Assembly: GCA_965199715.1 (NCBI GenBank)
Contig: OZ241322.1
Span: forward strand, 2,240,001 to 2,304,000
DNA length: 64,000 nt
Direction of reading: 5' to 3'
From: Vicinamibacteria bacterium
Lineage (GTDB): Bacteria > Acidobacteriota > Vicinamibacteria > Marinacidobacterales > Marinacidobacteraceae
The position numbers were made by a program, and so were the translations under genes. Numbering within the stretch: the stretch's first letter is position 1; every line of letters begins with the position of its first letter. Positions 1 to 10,008 of this stretch are shown piece by piece. The notes below the pieces were generated by a model. That model saw only the letters and a program-made list of their open reading frames with translations, was not told the DNA's origin and did no database searches.

Positions 1-429
1 GGGCGCGACGATCTCGGCGACGCGCTGTTCGCCGACTGGCGGAAGGCCCCGGACTTCCCGCTGAACGGCGCCGCGGACGCGGGAATCCTCGTCGCCGGGT
101 CGAACTTCGGTTGCGGCTCCTCGCGGGAGCACGCCGCGTGGGCGCTGCGCGACGCCGGGTTCCGGGCGGTGCTCGCCCCTTCCATCGCCGACATCTTCCG
201 GGGGAACGCGATCCGCAACGGCCTCGTGCCGGTCGAGCTTCCCTCCGAGGCGCTCGGGCGGATTCCCACCGGGGCCGAGGTGACGGTGAACGTGGAGGCC
301 GAGTCGGTCACGCTCCCGGACGGCTCGACCGAGCGGTTCGCGCTCCCCCGGTTCGGGCGGCGCTGTCTGCTTTCCGGGCTCGGGCCGCTCGACTTCCTGC
401 TGGAGAACCTTCCGGCGACGGATGGCTGA
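1..429 (+). CDS. leuD: 3-isopropylmalate dehydratase small subunit (5' end outside window)
   Basis: Frame 1 from the window start reads ...ILVAGSNFGCGSSREHAAWAL...APSIADIFRGNAIRNGLVP, the LeuD signature. Confidence 0.9.
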   Translation, partial: GRDDLGDALFADWRKAPDFPLNGAADAGILVAGSNFGCGSSREHAAWALRDAGFRAVLAPSIADIFRGNAIRNGLVPVELPSEALGRIPTGAEVTVNVEAESVTLPDGSTERFALPRFGRRCLLSGLGPLDFLLENLPATDG

Positions 430-994
430 GCGAGTTCGCTGCGGCTGGGCCGAAGGGCGCTCCCCGCTCTACGTCCGCTACCACGACGAGGAGTGGGGCG
501 TCCCGGTCCGGGACGACCGCGTCCAGTTCGAGTTCCTCGTGCTGGAGTCGGCGCAGGCCGGACTGAGCTGGGAGACGATCCTGAAGCGGCGCGAGGGATA
601 CCGGGAGGCGTTCGCCGGATTCGACCCCGAACAAGTCGCTCGCTTCGACCGGGACCGGATCGGGGAGCTGCTGCTGCGCCCGACGATCATCCGCAACCGC
701 GCGAAGGTCGAGTCCGCCGTCGGCAACGCCGCCCGGTTCCTCGAGGTCCAGGCCGAGTTCGGGTCGTTCTGCCGGTACGTCTGGGGCTTCGTGGGCGACC
801 GCCCGATCGCCCGGCTCCGGCGGACGGACGCGGACGTTCCGGCGACCTCGCCCGAGTCGGACGCGCTCGCCCGGGACATGCGCCGCCGCGGCTTCCGCTT
901 CGTCGGGCGCACGATCCTGTACGCGCACATGCAGGCCACCGGACTCGTGAACGACCACGTCCTCGGCTGCTTCCGCCGTCGGCAGTTAGGCTAG
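422..994 (+). CDS. tag: DNA-3-methyladenine glycosylase I
   Basis: RCGW, YHDEEWGVP, FEFLVLESAQAGLSW, IIRNRAK and GLVNDH...C motifs. Confidence 0.93.
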   Translation: MAERVRCGWAEGRSPLYVRYHDEEWGVPVRDDRVQFEFLVLESAQAGLSWETILKRREGYREAFAGFDPEQVARFDRDRIGELLLRPTIIRNRAKVESAVGNAARFLEVQAEFGSFCRYVWGFVGDRPIARLRRTDADVPATSPESDALARDMRRRGFRFVGRTILYAHMQATGLVNDHVLGCFRRRQLG

Positions 995-999
995 GCGGC

Positions 1000-2121
1000 G
1001 TGCGCGCGCTGCTCTTGGTCCTCGCCGGCGCGGTCCTCGCGTCGTGCGGCGAGGGAGTCTCCGGAACCCCGGCGCCGCCGCCCGCCCCGGACCGGCCGCC
1101 GCGCCAGATCATCGGCCTCGAGACGGTCGCCCCCCGCACGGAAATCCGGATCGGGCAGGCGGTCGGGCCGCTCGTGGTCTATGGCGTGTACGACGACGAC
1201 ACGACCGGCACCGTGACGGCGACGCTCGTCTCCTCGGACCCGGGCGTGGTCCGGATCGACGACGAGGGACGCGCCGTGGGCGCCGGCGTCGGCATGGCGG
1301 TCGTGACCGCGAGCTTCGAGGGGTTCGAGACGGAACTGGAGTTCGAGGTCGAGGACCCGATCCCAAGAAGCGTGCGGGACCGCCCCGACGACCTGAGCGG
1401 CCCGCAGATCCACTTCATCTACGCGGTGCCGAGCGATATCGAGGACCGCAACCGGGACCGCTTCGGCGAGCTGGAGCGCTCGGCGCTGGCCCTTCAGGCG
1501 TGGGTCGAGGAGGAGACCGGCCAGCGGCTGCGGATCGACACCTTCGAGGGGCGGCCCGACGTGTCGTTCCTGCGGGCCTCGTTCACCCATCAGGAGGGCG
1601 ACGGCACGGTCGGGCGGACGGTGGCCGATCTCCTCGACGACGCGCAGCGGCTGCAGCTCAGGGGCGACAAGATTCCGGTCTTCTACTACGAGGGCCGGGT
1701 CGTCGGCCTTTGCGGCAGCGCGTACTTCGGCGGGGGCGGCGCCGTGTACCTCGACTGCTCGGACGCGGAGCTCGGGCGGGACGAGTTCACCGTCTCCACC
1801 TTCGAGGCCGTCATGGTGCACGAGATCTTCCACGTGTTCGGCGCGGTGCCGGAGTGCGCCCCCAACTTCATCGAGGGCTGGCACGTCGAGGACCTGAACG
1901 ACGACATCATGTTCGCCGGGACCGACCGGTCCCCCAGGGGCGGGGTGTCCTACATCGACGTGGGGCGCGACGACTACTGGGGCCACGGCCGCTCCGACTG
2001 CCTCGACGTCAGCCGCAGCCGGTTCCTCGAGCCCGTCTCCGGCTCGGCGCTGCGGGCGGGCTCGGTCGAAGTGCGGATTCCGGGACCGGACTGGCCGCTT
2101 CGCTGCGGAGTCGGCCGATGA
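1000..2121 (+). CDS. Lipoprotein with Ig-like (Big_2) domain and HExxH zinc-metallopeptidase-like domain
   Basis: GTG start, lipobox LASC, SSDPGVVRID Ig-like segment, VMVHEIFH motif. Confidence 0.7.
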   Translation: MRALLLVLAGAVLASCGEGVSGTPAPPPAPDRPPRQIIGLETVAPRTEIRIGQAVGPLVVYGVYDDDTTGTVTATLVSSDPGVVRIDDEGRAVGAGVGMAVVTASFEGFETELEFEVEDPIPRSVRDRPDDLSGPQIHFIYAVPSDIEDRNRDRFGELERSALALQAWVEEETGQRLRIDTFEGRPDVSFLRASFTHQEGDGTVGRTVADLLDDAQRLQLRGDKIPVFYYEGRVVGLCGSAYFGGGGAVYLDCSDAELGRDEFTVSTFEAVMVHEIFHVFGAVPECAPNFIEGWHVEDLNDDIMFAGTDRSPRGGVSYIDVGRDDYWGHGRSDCLDVSRSRFLEPVSGSALRAGSVEVRIPGPDWPLRCGVGR

Positions 2122-3710
2122 TCCGGCTCCTCCTGCTGGCGGGGCTGGCGCAGGCGCAGCCGGCGGATCTGCTGATCCGGGACGCGCGGGTCGTCGATGG
2201 GACCGGAAGCCCGTGGTTCCGGGCGAACGTGGCGGTGGACGACGGAACGATCGTCTCGGTCGGCGCGGCGACGCCGGAAGCGAGAGACGTGATCGACGCC
2301 CGGGGCCTCGTTCTCGCGCCGGGGTTCGTGGACATGCACGCCCACTCCGAGTACGGGATGATCGTGGATCCGAGAGCGCTCTCGAAGGCGGCGCAGGGGG
2401 TCACCACCGAGGTGCTCGGCGAGCACCTTTCCGCCGGCCCGGTGCTCGGCCCAGCCGTGAACGACCCGATGATGGTCGCGCCGCCGATCCAGCGCGACTG
2501 GACGACGCTCGGCGGCTACTTCGACCGTCTCGAGCGGCAGGGAGTGGGCGTGAACGTGCTCTCCTATGTCGGCTCCGGGCAGGTCCGGGCGTCGGTGATC
2601 GGATACGAGGAGCGCGCCGCCAGCCGCGACGAGATGGACGCGATGAAGGAGCTCGTCCGGGAAGGCATGGAGGACGGCGCCTTCGGGGTCGCGAGCGGCC
2701 TCGCCTACATCCCGAACGCCTTCGCCGACACGGCCGAGCTCACCGAGCTGGCGCGGGTCGCGGCGGGGCTCGGCGGAATCTACGTGAGCCATCTGCGGGG
2801 CGGAGCGGAAGGCCTGCGCGAGGGAATCCGGATCGCCCGCGACGCCGGGACCGCGCTTGAGATCCACCACCTGAACTCGACGTCGGGCTCCCGCATCCCC
2901 GAGTTCGCCCGGATCATCGCCGAGGCGCGGGCGTCGGGGGTGGACGTCACCGGCAACGTGTACCCCTACATCGCCGGCTGGACCTACCTGCGGTCGCTGC
3001 TGCCTCGCTGGGCGCAGGAAGGCGGGGTCGATCGGATGCTCGGACGGATCGTCGATCCGAACGAGCGGGAGCGCCTCCTCGCCGAGCTTCGCGCCGGCGA
3101 GGCCGAGCGCCCCCGCTGGGGCCGCACGTTCGTGAGCTCGTTCCGCGAGGGGGTGGACGGACTCTCGATCGTCGATCTGGGCGCCTCCCGCGGAACGTCT
3201 CCCGAGGAGGCGCTGCTGGATCTCCTCGTCGAACAGGAGGGCGACGGGTTCCAGATCTCCTTCGGCAACACCGAGGCGAACCTCGTCCAGGCGCTGGCGC
3301 TGCCGTTCACCCACATCGGCTCCGACGGCAGCGCGCTCGCGATCGGGATGCGCACCCCGATGGGCAAGCCGCACCCGCGTTCGTTCGGGACCTATCCGCG
3401 GGTGTTCGCGAAGTACGTCCGCGAGGAGCGGCTGTTCTCGCTGGAGGAGGCCGTCCGGAAGATGACCTCGGCCCCGGCGAACCGGCTCGGCCTCGCCGAC
3501 CGGGGCCTGGTCCGTCCGGGGATGCGGGCCGACCTCGTCCTCTTCGACCCGGACGCGGTCGAAGACCGGGCGACGTTCGAGGAGCCGGAGCGCTACCCGT
3601 CGGGGATCCCGTGGGTGTTCGTGAACGGCGTCGCGGTCATTCGGGAGGGGGAGCCGACCGGCGCCCTTCCCGGCGAGGTGCTGCGCGGCCCGGCGTGGCG
3701 CGGCCGCTGA
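2118..3710 (+). CDS. N-acyl-D-amino-acid deacylase family amidohydrolase (signal-peptide-like N-terminus)
   Basis: APGFVDMHAHS, IGSDG, PHPRSFGTYPR, RKMTSAPA and ADLVLFDP motifs; ATGA overlap with the upstream gene. Confidence 0.88.
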   Translation: MIRLLLLAGLAQAQPADLLIRDARVVDGTGSPWFRANVAVDDGTIVSVGAATPEARDVIDARGLVLAPGFVDMHAHSEYGMIVDPRALSKAAQGVTTEVLGEHLSAGPVLGPAVNDPMMVAPPIQRDWTTLGGYFDRLERQGVGVNVLSYVGSGQVRASVIGYEERAASRDEMDAMKELVREGMEDGAFGVASGLAYIPNAFADTAELTELARVAAGLGGIYVSHLRGGAEGLREGIRIARDAGTALEIHHLNSTSGSRIPEFARIIAEARASGVDVTGNVYPYIAGWTYLRSLLPRWAQEGGVDRMLGRIVDPNERERLLAELRAGEAERPRWGRTFVSSFREGVDGLSIVDLGASRGTSPEEALLDLLVEQEGDGFQISFGNTEANLVQALALPFTHIGSDGSALAIGMRTPMGKPHPRSFGTYPRVFAKYVREERLFSLEEAVRKMTSAPANRLGLADRGLVRPGMRADLVLFDPDAVEDRATFEEPERYPSGIPWVFVNGVAVIREGEPTGALPGEVLRGPAWRGR

Positions 3711-4447
3711 GCGCGCTCCCGGCGGAGCTTCGGGCGCGCTGCCGGGACGGGAGCTTCCGGGGCACGACCTCGGGGCTCGCTCCCGGCTTCGCGCAGGCGA
3801 ACCTCGTGGTCCTCCCCGGCGCGCTCGCCGCCGACTTCCGCCGCTTCTGCGAGCGGAACCCGCGCCCGTGTCCGCTGCTTCACGACGCCGAGTCGGGGGC
3901 GGACTTCCGCACCGACCTGCCGCGCTACGTGGTGCGCCGGCGGGGAGCGTCGCCCCGCGAAACGCTCGACGCGACCGCCGACTGGCGCGACGACTTCGTC
4001 CCGTTCCTGCTCGGGTGCAGCTTCGGCTTCGAGGCGGCGCTCGTCGAGGCCGGGATTCCGCTGCGCCACCGGGACCAGGGCCGGATCGTGCCCATGTACG
4101 CGACCCGCCGGCGCTGCGAGCCGGCGGGGCGGTTCCGCGCGCCGCTCGTGGTCACCATGCGTCCGATTCCGCGCCGGCGGGTCGCCGACGCGATCGCGAT
4201 CTGCCGGGACTTCCCGCTGGCGCACGGCCCGCCGGTGCACGTCGGCGACCCCGCCGAACTCGGGATCGCGGACCTCGCCCGGCCGGACTGGGGCGACGAC
4301 TGCGGGATCGGCCCGGACGACGTCCCCGTCTTCTGGGCGTGCGGCGTCACTTCGCAGCTCGCGGTCGAGGCCGCCGACGCCGAAGTCTCGATCACCCACG
4401 CTCCCGGCCACATGTTCGTGACCGACCTTCCCTCGAGAACCTCATGA
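3695..4447 (+). CDS. DUF1445 / D-glutamate cyclase-like putative hydro-lyase
   Basis: QANLVVLP, FCERNPRPCPL, FLLGCSFGFE, VPVFWACGVT and ITHAPGHMFVTD motifs. Start position approximate. Confidence 0.85.
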   Translation: MARPLSALPAELRARCRDGSFRGTTSGLAPGFAQANLVVLPGALAADFRRFCERNPRPCPLLHDAESGADFRTDLPRYVVRRRGASPRETLDATADWRDDFVPFLLGCSFGFEAALVEAGIPLRHRDQGRIVPMYATRRRCEPAGRFRAPLVVTMRPIPRRRVADAIAICRDFPLAHGPPVHVGDPAELGIADLARPDWGDDCGIGPDDVPVFWACGVTSQLAVEAADAEVSITHAPGHMFVTDLPSRTS

Positions 4448-6858
4448 CAGCCCGAATGACCGCCGCCGCGCTTCTCGTCGCGGTCGCCGCCGACGCCCAG
4501 TGGACGAACCGGTATCCCAAGCTCGAGGGCTACTCGCACCACGTGTACGCCGAGGGCTACGAACTGCCCATCTTCGCGACCGGCCCTACGGATCCGGCCC
4601 CGGCGCCCGACGGGCGGACGATCGCGTTCGCCGCCCGGGGCTGGCTGTGGCTTCTGGACGAGGAGACCGGGGTCGCGCGAAGGCTCACGAGCGGCGCGGC
4701 GGTGGATTCCCGCCCGGCGTGGCGGCCCGACGGCGCGGCTCTCGCCTTTCTGCGCGACGACAGCCTCACGCTCTCGATCTGGACGCTGGATCTCGCGAGC
4801 GGCGAGGAGTCGCGCCGGTTCGCCGACGACTCCATGGTGCTGGATCCGGCGTGGTCGCCCGACGGCGCGTCGCTCTATTTCAGCGCCGCGACCGCGGGCG
4901 ACCTTGACGTCTGGCGGCTCGACGGCGAGACCGGCGAACCGGCGCGGGTCACGACGCGCCGCGGCCTCGAGGTCCGGCCCCAGCCGCTCGCGGACGGCGG
5001 GCTCGCGTACATGGCCAAGGGCCGCGGAACCGGAGACGCGGTGGTCGTGCGCGCCGCCGACGGGACGGAGTCGGTGCTGCGCTCGGAGTCCATCGCCTCG
5101 CAGGCGCGTCCGAGCGCCGATCCCGAGGGCCGGTCGCTCGCCGTGAACTGGCCCGCCGGGGACGGAGCCGACGGCTATCGGCTGATGCTGCTGGACGCCG
5201 CGGGCGGCGACGCGATCGAGCTCGTCGCGGCGCGGGGGCTCCCGGTGGCCCCGGTGTTCGCCGCCGACGGGAAGTCGGTGCTCTACGCCGAGGCCGACGA
5301 ATCGGAGACGTTCCGGCTCAAGCGGGTCTCCGCGTGGGGCGGCCCGGTGGAGGAGGTTCCGATCCGGGCGTGGGACTACGGCGCTCCCACCGGGCGGGTC
5401 CGGATCGCGACCCGCGCCGGCGGGAAGCCCGTCGCGGCGCGGTTGGCGGTGCTCGACGGCTCGTCGCATCCGGCGGCTCCGGAGTCCGCGATGGCGCGCT
5501 TCGACGGAACCCACGGGCGCATCTACTTCTATTCGCCGGGAACGATCGAGATGGAGCTTCCGGTCGGCGGCGAGGCGCGCGTGACCGCGACCCACGGCCT
5601 CGCGCACCTTCCGGCGGAGGCGGCGTTCTCCGTCCGCGCCGGCGAGACCGTGACCGTCGAACTTGACTTCGAGCGGATCTGGGATTCGACCGGGTATCGG
5701 TCCGGCGACCACCACTATCACCTGAACTACGGCGGGCCCACCCGTCTGGACCCGGACGACATGGTCGTGATGCTGGCCGGCGAGGCTCTCGACGTCGGGA
5801 CGCCGCTCATGGCGAACCTGCACCACCGGCTGAACGACACGGAGTTCTTCGCCGAGCGGCGGCTCGCGGACGCCCCGGCGTTCGTGTTCGGGCAGGAGGT
5901 GCGGTCCCACTTCCTCGGACACCTGGGGATCGTCGGGCTCGAAAGCGCCTTCCAGCCGTGGTTCTGGGGCCCCGGCTACCCGGTGTACGCGGACGACGAC
6001 CGCCCGAATGCGGACGCGCTGGCGCACTCGCGGCGCGAGGGAGCGGTGAGCGCCTACATGCACCCGGTCTCGGTGGAGGCCCCGTTCGAGGACCCGGGCC
6101 TGTCCTCGATCCCGGTGAGCCTGATCCCCGACGCGGTGCTCGGCGACCTCGACACGCTGGAGATCGCGTGCCTGTGGACGAACGAGCTCGGGACCGCCCG
6201 CGTCTGGGAGCGGGTGCTCATGCTGGGCGTCCCGCTCGCCGCGTCCGCCGGAACCGACGTGATGCTGGACTTCCACCGCACCATGGCGGTCGGGACCACG
6301 CGCATCTACGTGGAGGCTCCCGGGCCGTTCCAGCTCGGGCCGTACCTGCGAGCGCTCAAGGCGGGCCGGAGCTTCGTGACCACGGGGCCGCTCATGGACT
6401 TCCGCGTCGGCGGCATGCGGCCCGGCGACGCGGTCGCGTCCGGCGAGACCGCATGGACGCTGGAGCTCGCCTCGACCGGGCCGGTGGAGACGGTCGAGAT
6501 TCTCGTGAACGGGGAGATCGTGGAGACGCGGCCCGGCCTTGCGGCGGCCGGGTCGGAACGTCTCGAGGGCTCGGTCACGCTGCCCGAAGGCGGGTTCGTC
6601 GCGGCGCGGGCGCGCGGCGCGGAGGAGGGTTGGCCGGGCATGAACGGCGCCGCCTTCGCGCAGACGTCCCCGATCTGGATCGGACGGGTCGGCAGCTTCG
6701 ACCCGGACGCGGCCAGCCGGGCGGCGACGGATCTCCTGCGGGCGCTCGACGTCGCCGAGGCGCGGGTGGACGCGCGCTACGGGGACGCGCCGATCCCCCG
6801 CATTCGCGCCCGCTTCGCCATGGCCCGGGAACGGCTCGGCGAGTTTCTCCAGCCTTGA
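4444..6858 (+). CDS. Secreted TolB-like beta-propeller + PHP-type (CehA/McbA-like) metallohydrolase
   Basis: Repeated PAWxPDG segments, followed by SGDHHYH, GQEVRSHFLGH and GTD metal-binding motifs. Confidence 0.75.
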   Translation: MTARMTAAALLVAVAADAQWTNRYPKLEGYSHHVYAEGYELPIFATGPTDPAPAPDGRTIAFAARGWLWLLDEETGVARRLTSGAAVDSRPAWRPDGAALAFLRDDSLTLSIWTLDLASGEESRRFADDSMVLDPAWSPDGASLYFSAATAGDLDVWRLDGETGEPARVTTRRGLEVRPQPLADGGLAYMAKGRGTGDAVVVRAADGTESVLRSESIASQARPSADPEGRSLAVNWPAGDGADGYRLMLLDAAGGDAIELVAARGLPVAPVFAADGKSVLYAEADESETFRLKRVSAWGGPVEEVPIRAWDYGAPTGRVRIATRAGGKPVAARLAVLDGSSHPAAPESAMARFDGTHGRIYFYSPGTIEMELPVGGEARVTATHGLAHLPAEAAFSVRAGETVTVELDFERIWDSTGYRSGDHHYHLNYGGPTRLDPDDMVVMLAGEALDVGTPLMANLHHRLNDTEFFAERRLADAPAFVFGQEVRSHFLGHLGIVGLESAFQPWFWGPGYPVYADDDRPNADALAHSRREGAVSAYMHPVSVEAPFEDPGLSSIPVSLIPDAVLGDLDTLEIACLWTNELGTARVWERVLMLGVPLAASAGTDVMLDFHRTMAVGTTRIYVEAPGPFQLGPYLRALKAGRSFVTTGPLMDFRVGGMRPGDAVASGETAWTLELASTGPVETVEILVNGEIVETRPGLAAAGSERLEGSVTLPEGGFVAARARGAEEGWPGMNGAAFAQTSPIWIGRVGSFDPDAASRAATDLLRALDVAEARVDARYGDAPIPRIRARFAMARERLGEFLQP

Positions 6859-6893
6859 CAGGCGAGCGCGTCGGGCCGAGTATCCGCGCCGGA

Positions 6894-8150
6894 ATGCGAC
6901 GGATCGCGGGGCTCCTCCTCGTCGCGCTCGCGGCGGCGTCCGCGCCGGAAGCGCAGACGCGGCCCCGGGTGTTCTTCGACTGCTCCGGCCCCCGGTGCGA
7001 CTCGCGCTACTACCGGACCGAAATCGCCTGGGTGCACTGGGTGAACGACCGCCAGGACGCGCAGGTGCACCTCATCATGACCAGCCAGAACACCGGCGCC
7101 GGAGGGCGGGAGTACCTGCTGGACTTCGCCGGCGCCGGCGACCACGCGGATTACGTGGACCAGCGCCGCTTTCGTTCGCTGCCGACGGACACCGATCGGG
7201 AGACGCTCGACGGGATCGCCCGCGCGCTCGCGCTCGGGCTCGCCGCGTTCGCCGAGGAGGCCGGATACCGGGGACTGGTCACGCTGCAGCCGGCGGACCG
7301 GGTCGAGGAGGCGGTGGAGCGCGGCGTGGTCTCCGGCGACGAAGTGGAGGACCCGTGGAACCTGTGGGTGTTCCGGATCGAAACCGAGGCGGGGATCGAA
7401 GGGGAGTCGCAGTCCCGGAGGACGAATCTGGAGGGCGGGTTCTCCGCGTCCCGCGTCACCCCGGACTGGCGGATCCGCTTCTGGGGCGACGTGAACCACG
7501 ACCGCTACTCCATCGACCTCACCGACGGGACGTTCGAGGACCACCGGACCGGCTGGGACCTCGCGTCGCGCACCGTGTACGCGCTGCTCGACCACTGGTC
7601 CGCCGGAATCGACCTGAGCGCGTCCCGCAACGTGAACTACAACCAGGACTTCCGCGTCGAAGCCTCGCCGGCGATCGAGTACAGCGTCTTCCCCTACGAG
7701 GAGGCCACGCGCCGCAGCTTCACCTTCTACTACACGCTCGGCCCGGCGTACCGGGACTACGTGGAGCGGACCATCCACGGCGAGACCTCCGAGACCAGGT
7801 GGGAGCAGGCGATGGACGTCCGCTTCAGCCAGCGGCAGCGATGGGGCAACGCCTCGGTGAACCTGCGGGGGTCGCACTTCCTCCACGACCTCGGCCAGCG
7901 GCTGGTCCGGCTCGGAAGCTACCTTTCGGTGCGGGTCGTGCGCGGCATCGAGCTCAGCGTCTCGGGCAACGTGAGCTGGGTGAACGACCAGATCTACCTG
8001 CCCGCAGGCGCGGCGACCGACGTGGAGGCGTTGCTCCAGCTCCAGCAGCGGGCGACGGACTTCGACTACGGGGTCGAGATCGGCTTCGAGTTCCAGTTCG
8101 GCTCGATCTACAACAACGTGGTCAACAACCGGTTCGGCCGCCGCTTCTGA
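6894..8150 (+). CDS. Exported, probable outer-membrane beta-barrel protein
   Basis: Signal peptide, alternating aromatic/polar beta-strand pattern, C-terminal FGSIYNNVVNNRF. Confidence 0.65.
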   Translation: MRRIAGLLLVALAAASAPEAQTRPRVFFDCSGPRCDSRYYRTEIAWVHWVNDRQDAQVHLIMTSQNTGAGGREYLLDFAGAGDHADYVDQRRFRSLPTDTDRETLDGIARALALGLAAFAEEAGYRGLVTLQPADRVEEAVERGVVSGDEVEDPWNLWVFRIETEAGIEGESQSRRTNLEGGFSASRVTPDWRIRFWGDVNHDRYSIDLTDGTFEDHRTGWDLASRTVYALLDHWSAGIDLSASRNVNYNQDFRVEASPAIEYSVFPYEEATRRSFTFYYTLGPAYRDYVERTIHGETSETRWEQAMDVRFSQRQRWGNASVNLRGSHFLHDLGQRLVRLGSYLSVRVVRGIELSVSGNVSWVNDQIYLPAGAATDVEALLQLQQRATDFDYGVEIGFEFQFGSIYNNVVNNRFGRRF

Positions 8151-8425
8151 TGGGTCCCCGAACGCCGGAGATTCTCGAGACCGAGCGCGCCTACCTGCTC
8201 GCCAACGCGAAGGAACTTGCCGCCAAGTATCCTGGGAAGCACCTGCTCATCAAGGGCGAGACCGTTTACGGCGCCTTCGAGACGCGCAACGAGGGAGTGG
8301 ATCGCGGGTTCCAGTTGTTCCCGAGGGAGTCGTTCCCGGTGCGCTCGGTGCTGCGCCCGGAGGATCCGGAACCGGTGATCGTTCCGGTCCTGGCGTTGGG
8401 TCTTCCCGTCATTGCCGATCCTTGA
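8150..8425 (+). CDS. Small DUF5678-like protein
   Basis: TGATG coupling to the upstream gene; ELAAKYPGKHLLIKGETVYGAF pattern typical of this family. Confidence 0.6.
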   Translation: MGPRTPEILETERAYLLANAKELAAKYPGKHLLIKGETVYGAFETRNEGVDRGFQLFPRESFPVRSVLRPEDPEPVIVPVLALGLPVIADP

Positions 8426-8590
8426 CGCCAGACTTCCGGCGCCTGGCCGGGATTGGCTCGAGCGGTGCGGTGAGCTCTTTCCGACGGCGATCCTGCGGAC
8501 TTGATCGCCCTGATCGGGCGCGACGCGCTCGAGGGCGCGATCCTCATCTGCAACGGCGTGGACGGCTCGTTCTCGCTCTCCTCCGTGTAG
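8412..8590 (+). pseudogene. Remnant of a clan-AA (retropepsin-like) aspartyl protease
   Basis: TTG-PIL start overlapping the DUF5678-like stop. In another frame, LIALIGRDALEGAILICNGVDGSFSL* (8501-8590) matches the LIGRD C-terminal motif. The catalytic DTG region is absent. Confidence 0.5.
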
Positions 8591-8599
8591 CCCCGCCCG

Positions 8600-9949
8600 T
8601 CAGTGCGGCCGGTCCTGACGGGGGATGAGCAGCAGCCGCTCCGCCCGCGGATCGATGTACCAGGTGGACTCGCCGTCGAACAGCGCGTCCTCCTCCAGCG
8701 CGATCCGCACCTCCTGGCCGCCCCACTCGGGCACCGGAACCCGCGCGTTCAGCTCGATCGAGTGCGCGGTCATCGGGAAGAGCGGGTAATCGCCCTTTCC
8801 GGGCACGCCGTCCTGCCGGTCCCACAGACCGATCGTCGGCCCGGCGCCGTGCCCGTGGTAGCCGATCGGGTGCGTGTAGATGGATGCCTTGATCCCCTCC
8901 ACGCTGGCCTGCTCGAGCGCCGCGCCCAGGATCTCGTTGCCGCTGCGCCCGGCGACGAACTCGGCGGTGAGGACGTCCTGGAGCCGGTTGCCGATCCGAA
9001 GCGCCTCGCGCAGCCCCTCCGGCGCGTCCGTCTCGCCGGGCCGCAGCACGTAGGCGTTCATCTGCGTGTCCGTGTTCAGCCGCAGGTAGGTGATCCCGAA
9101 ATCCACGTGGATCAGGTCGCCCGGCAGGATCACGTTCGGCGCCGGCCGGGCCGAGTAGTCCTCGCGCAGTTCCTCCGCGCCGGTCTCGTGGCGCTGGACC
9201 GAGACGCCCGGCTGGAACCACGCCTGCAGCTTGAGTTCGCGGATCTTCTCCCGGTACCACCACGACACGTCGTCGGTCGTCGTCGCGCCGGGCTGGATCA
9301 CCTCGCCCGACAGCCCCTCGGAGAGGATCCAGCGGGCGAGCCGCACCACGCCGGGATAGACCTCCATCTCCTCGGGCGTCCTCGTCTCGAGCCACGCGAT
9401 CGCGAGCCGCTCGACCCCCTTCAACCGGCTCGCGAGCTCCGGCCCGAGCGCCGCCCGCATCGCGGCGTTCTCGCTCGCCGTGAACCCGTCGGCGAGGCCG
9501 AAGTCCTCCGACCAGTTGATTCCGATGACGTCGGGGTCGCGCTCCCGCACCAGCTCGGCGACCCGCGCCCACTGGTCGGGCTCGTTGTCGGGATCCCACG
9601 CCCTCGGGATGCCGCCGATGTCGTAACGGGCCACCGCGAGCCGCTCCACGCCCTCGGCCGGACCCCGGTCGTGGAACATCAGCACCGTCCGCCGCCGCGC
9701 CGCGAGCCACGTGTACGGCAGCATCGTGCGGATCACCGGATCCTCGTTGTACTCGCGGGCGGCCACGATCCACAGGTCCACGCCCTCCCGCCGCATGATC
9801 TCCGGCAGCACCGTCTCGAAGCGGACCTCGAGCCAGCGATCCACGAGCGCAGCGCGTTCGCGCATGGGAAGGACGCTCGGCTGCGCCGGGGCGACGGACG
9901 CCGCGCAGGCGAGCAGCAGGAACGGGGGAAGGACGCGGCGAAGGGTCAC
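8600..9949 (-). CDS. M24-family (Xaa-Pro) aminopeptidase, exported
   Basis: HVDFG, TDTQ, THPIGYHGHGAG, SIELN and LEED metal ligands; GTG start at 9949 with GAGGAG upstream. Confidence 0.85.
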   Translation of the reverse strand: MTLRRVLPPFLLLACAASVAPAQPSVLPMRERAALVDRWLEVRFETVLPEIMRREGVDLWIVAAREYNEDPVIRTMLPYTWLAARRRTVLMFHDRGPAEGVERLAVARYDIGGIPRAWDPDNEPDQWARVAELVRERDPDVIGINWSEDFGLADGFTASENAAMRAALGPELASRLKGVERLAIAWLETRTPEEMEVYPGVVRLARWILSEGLSGEVIQPGATTTDDVSWWYREKIRELKLQAWFQPGVSVQRHETGAEELREDYSARPAPNVILPGDLIHVDFGITYLRLNTDTQMNAYVLRPGETDAPEGLREALRIGNRLQDVLTAEFVAGRSGNEILGAALEQASVEGIKASIYTHPIGYHGHGAGPTIGLWDRQDGVPGKGDYPLFPMTAHSIELNARVPVPEWGGQEVRIALEEDALFDGESTWYIDPRAERLLLIPRQDRPH

Positions 9950-10008
9950 GGGCGGGCTCCTCGGGGGGCCGGAAGGATACCGGTACACTCGAATTGCGGA
10001 GGCTCTCC

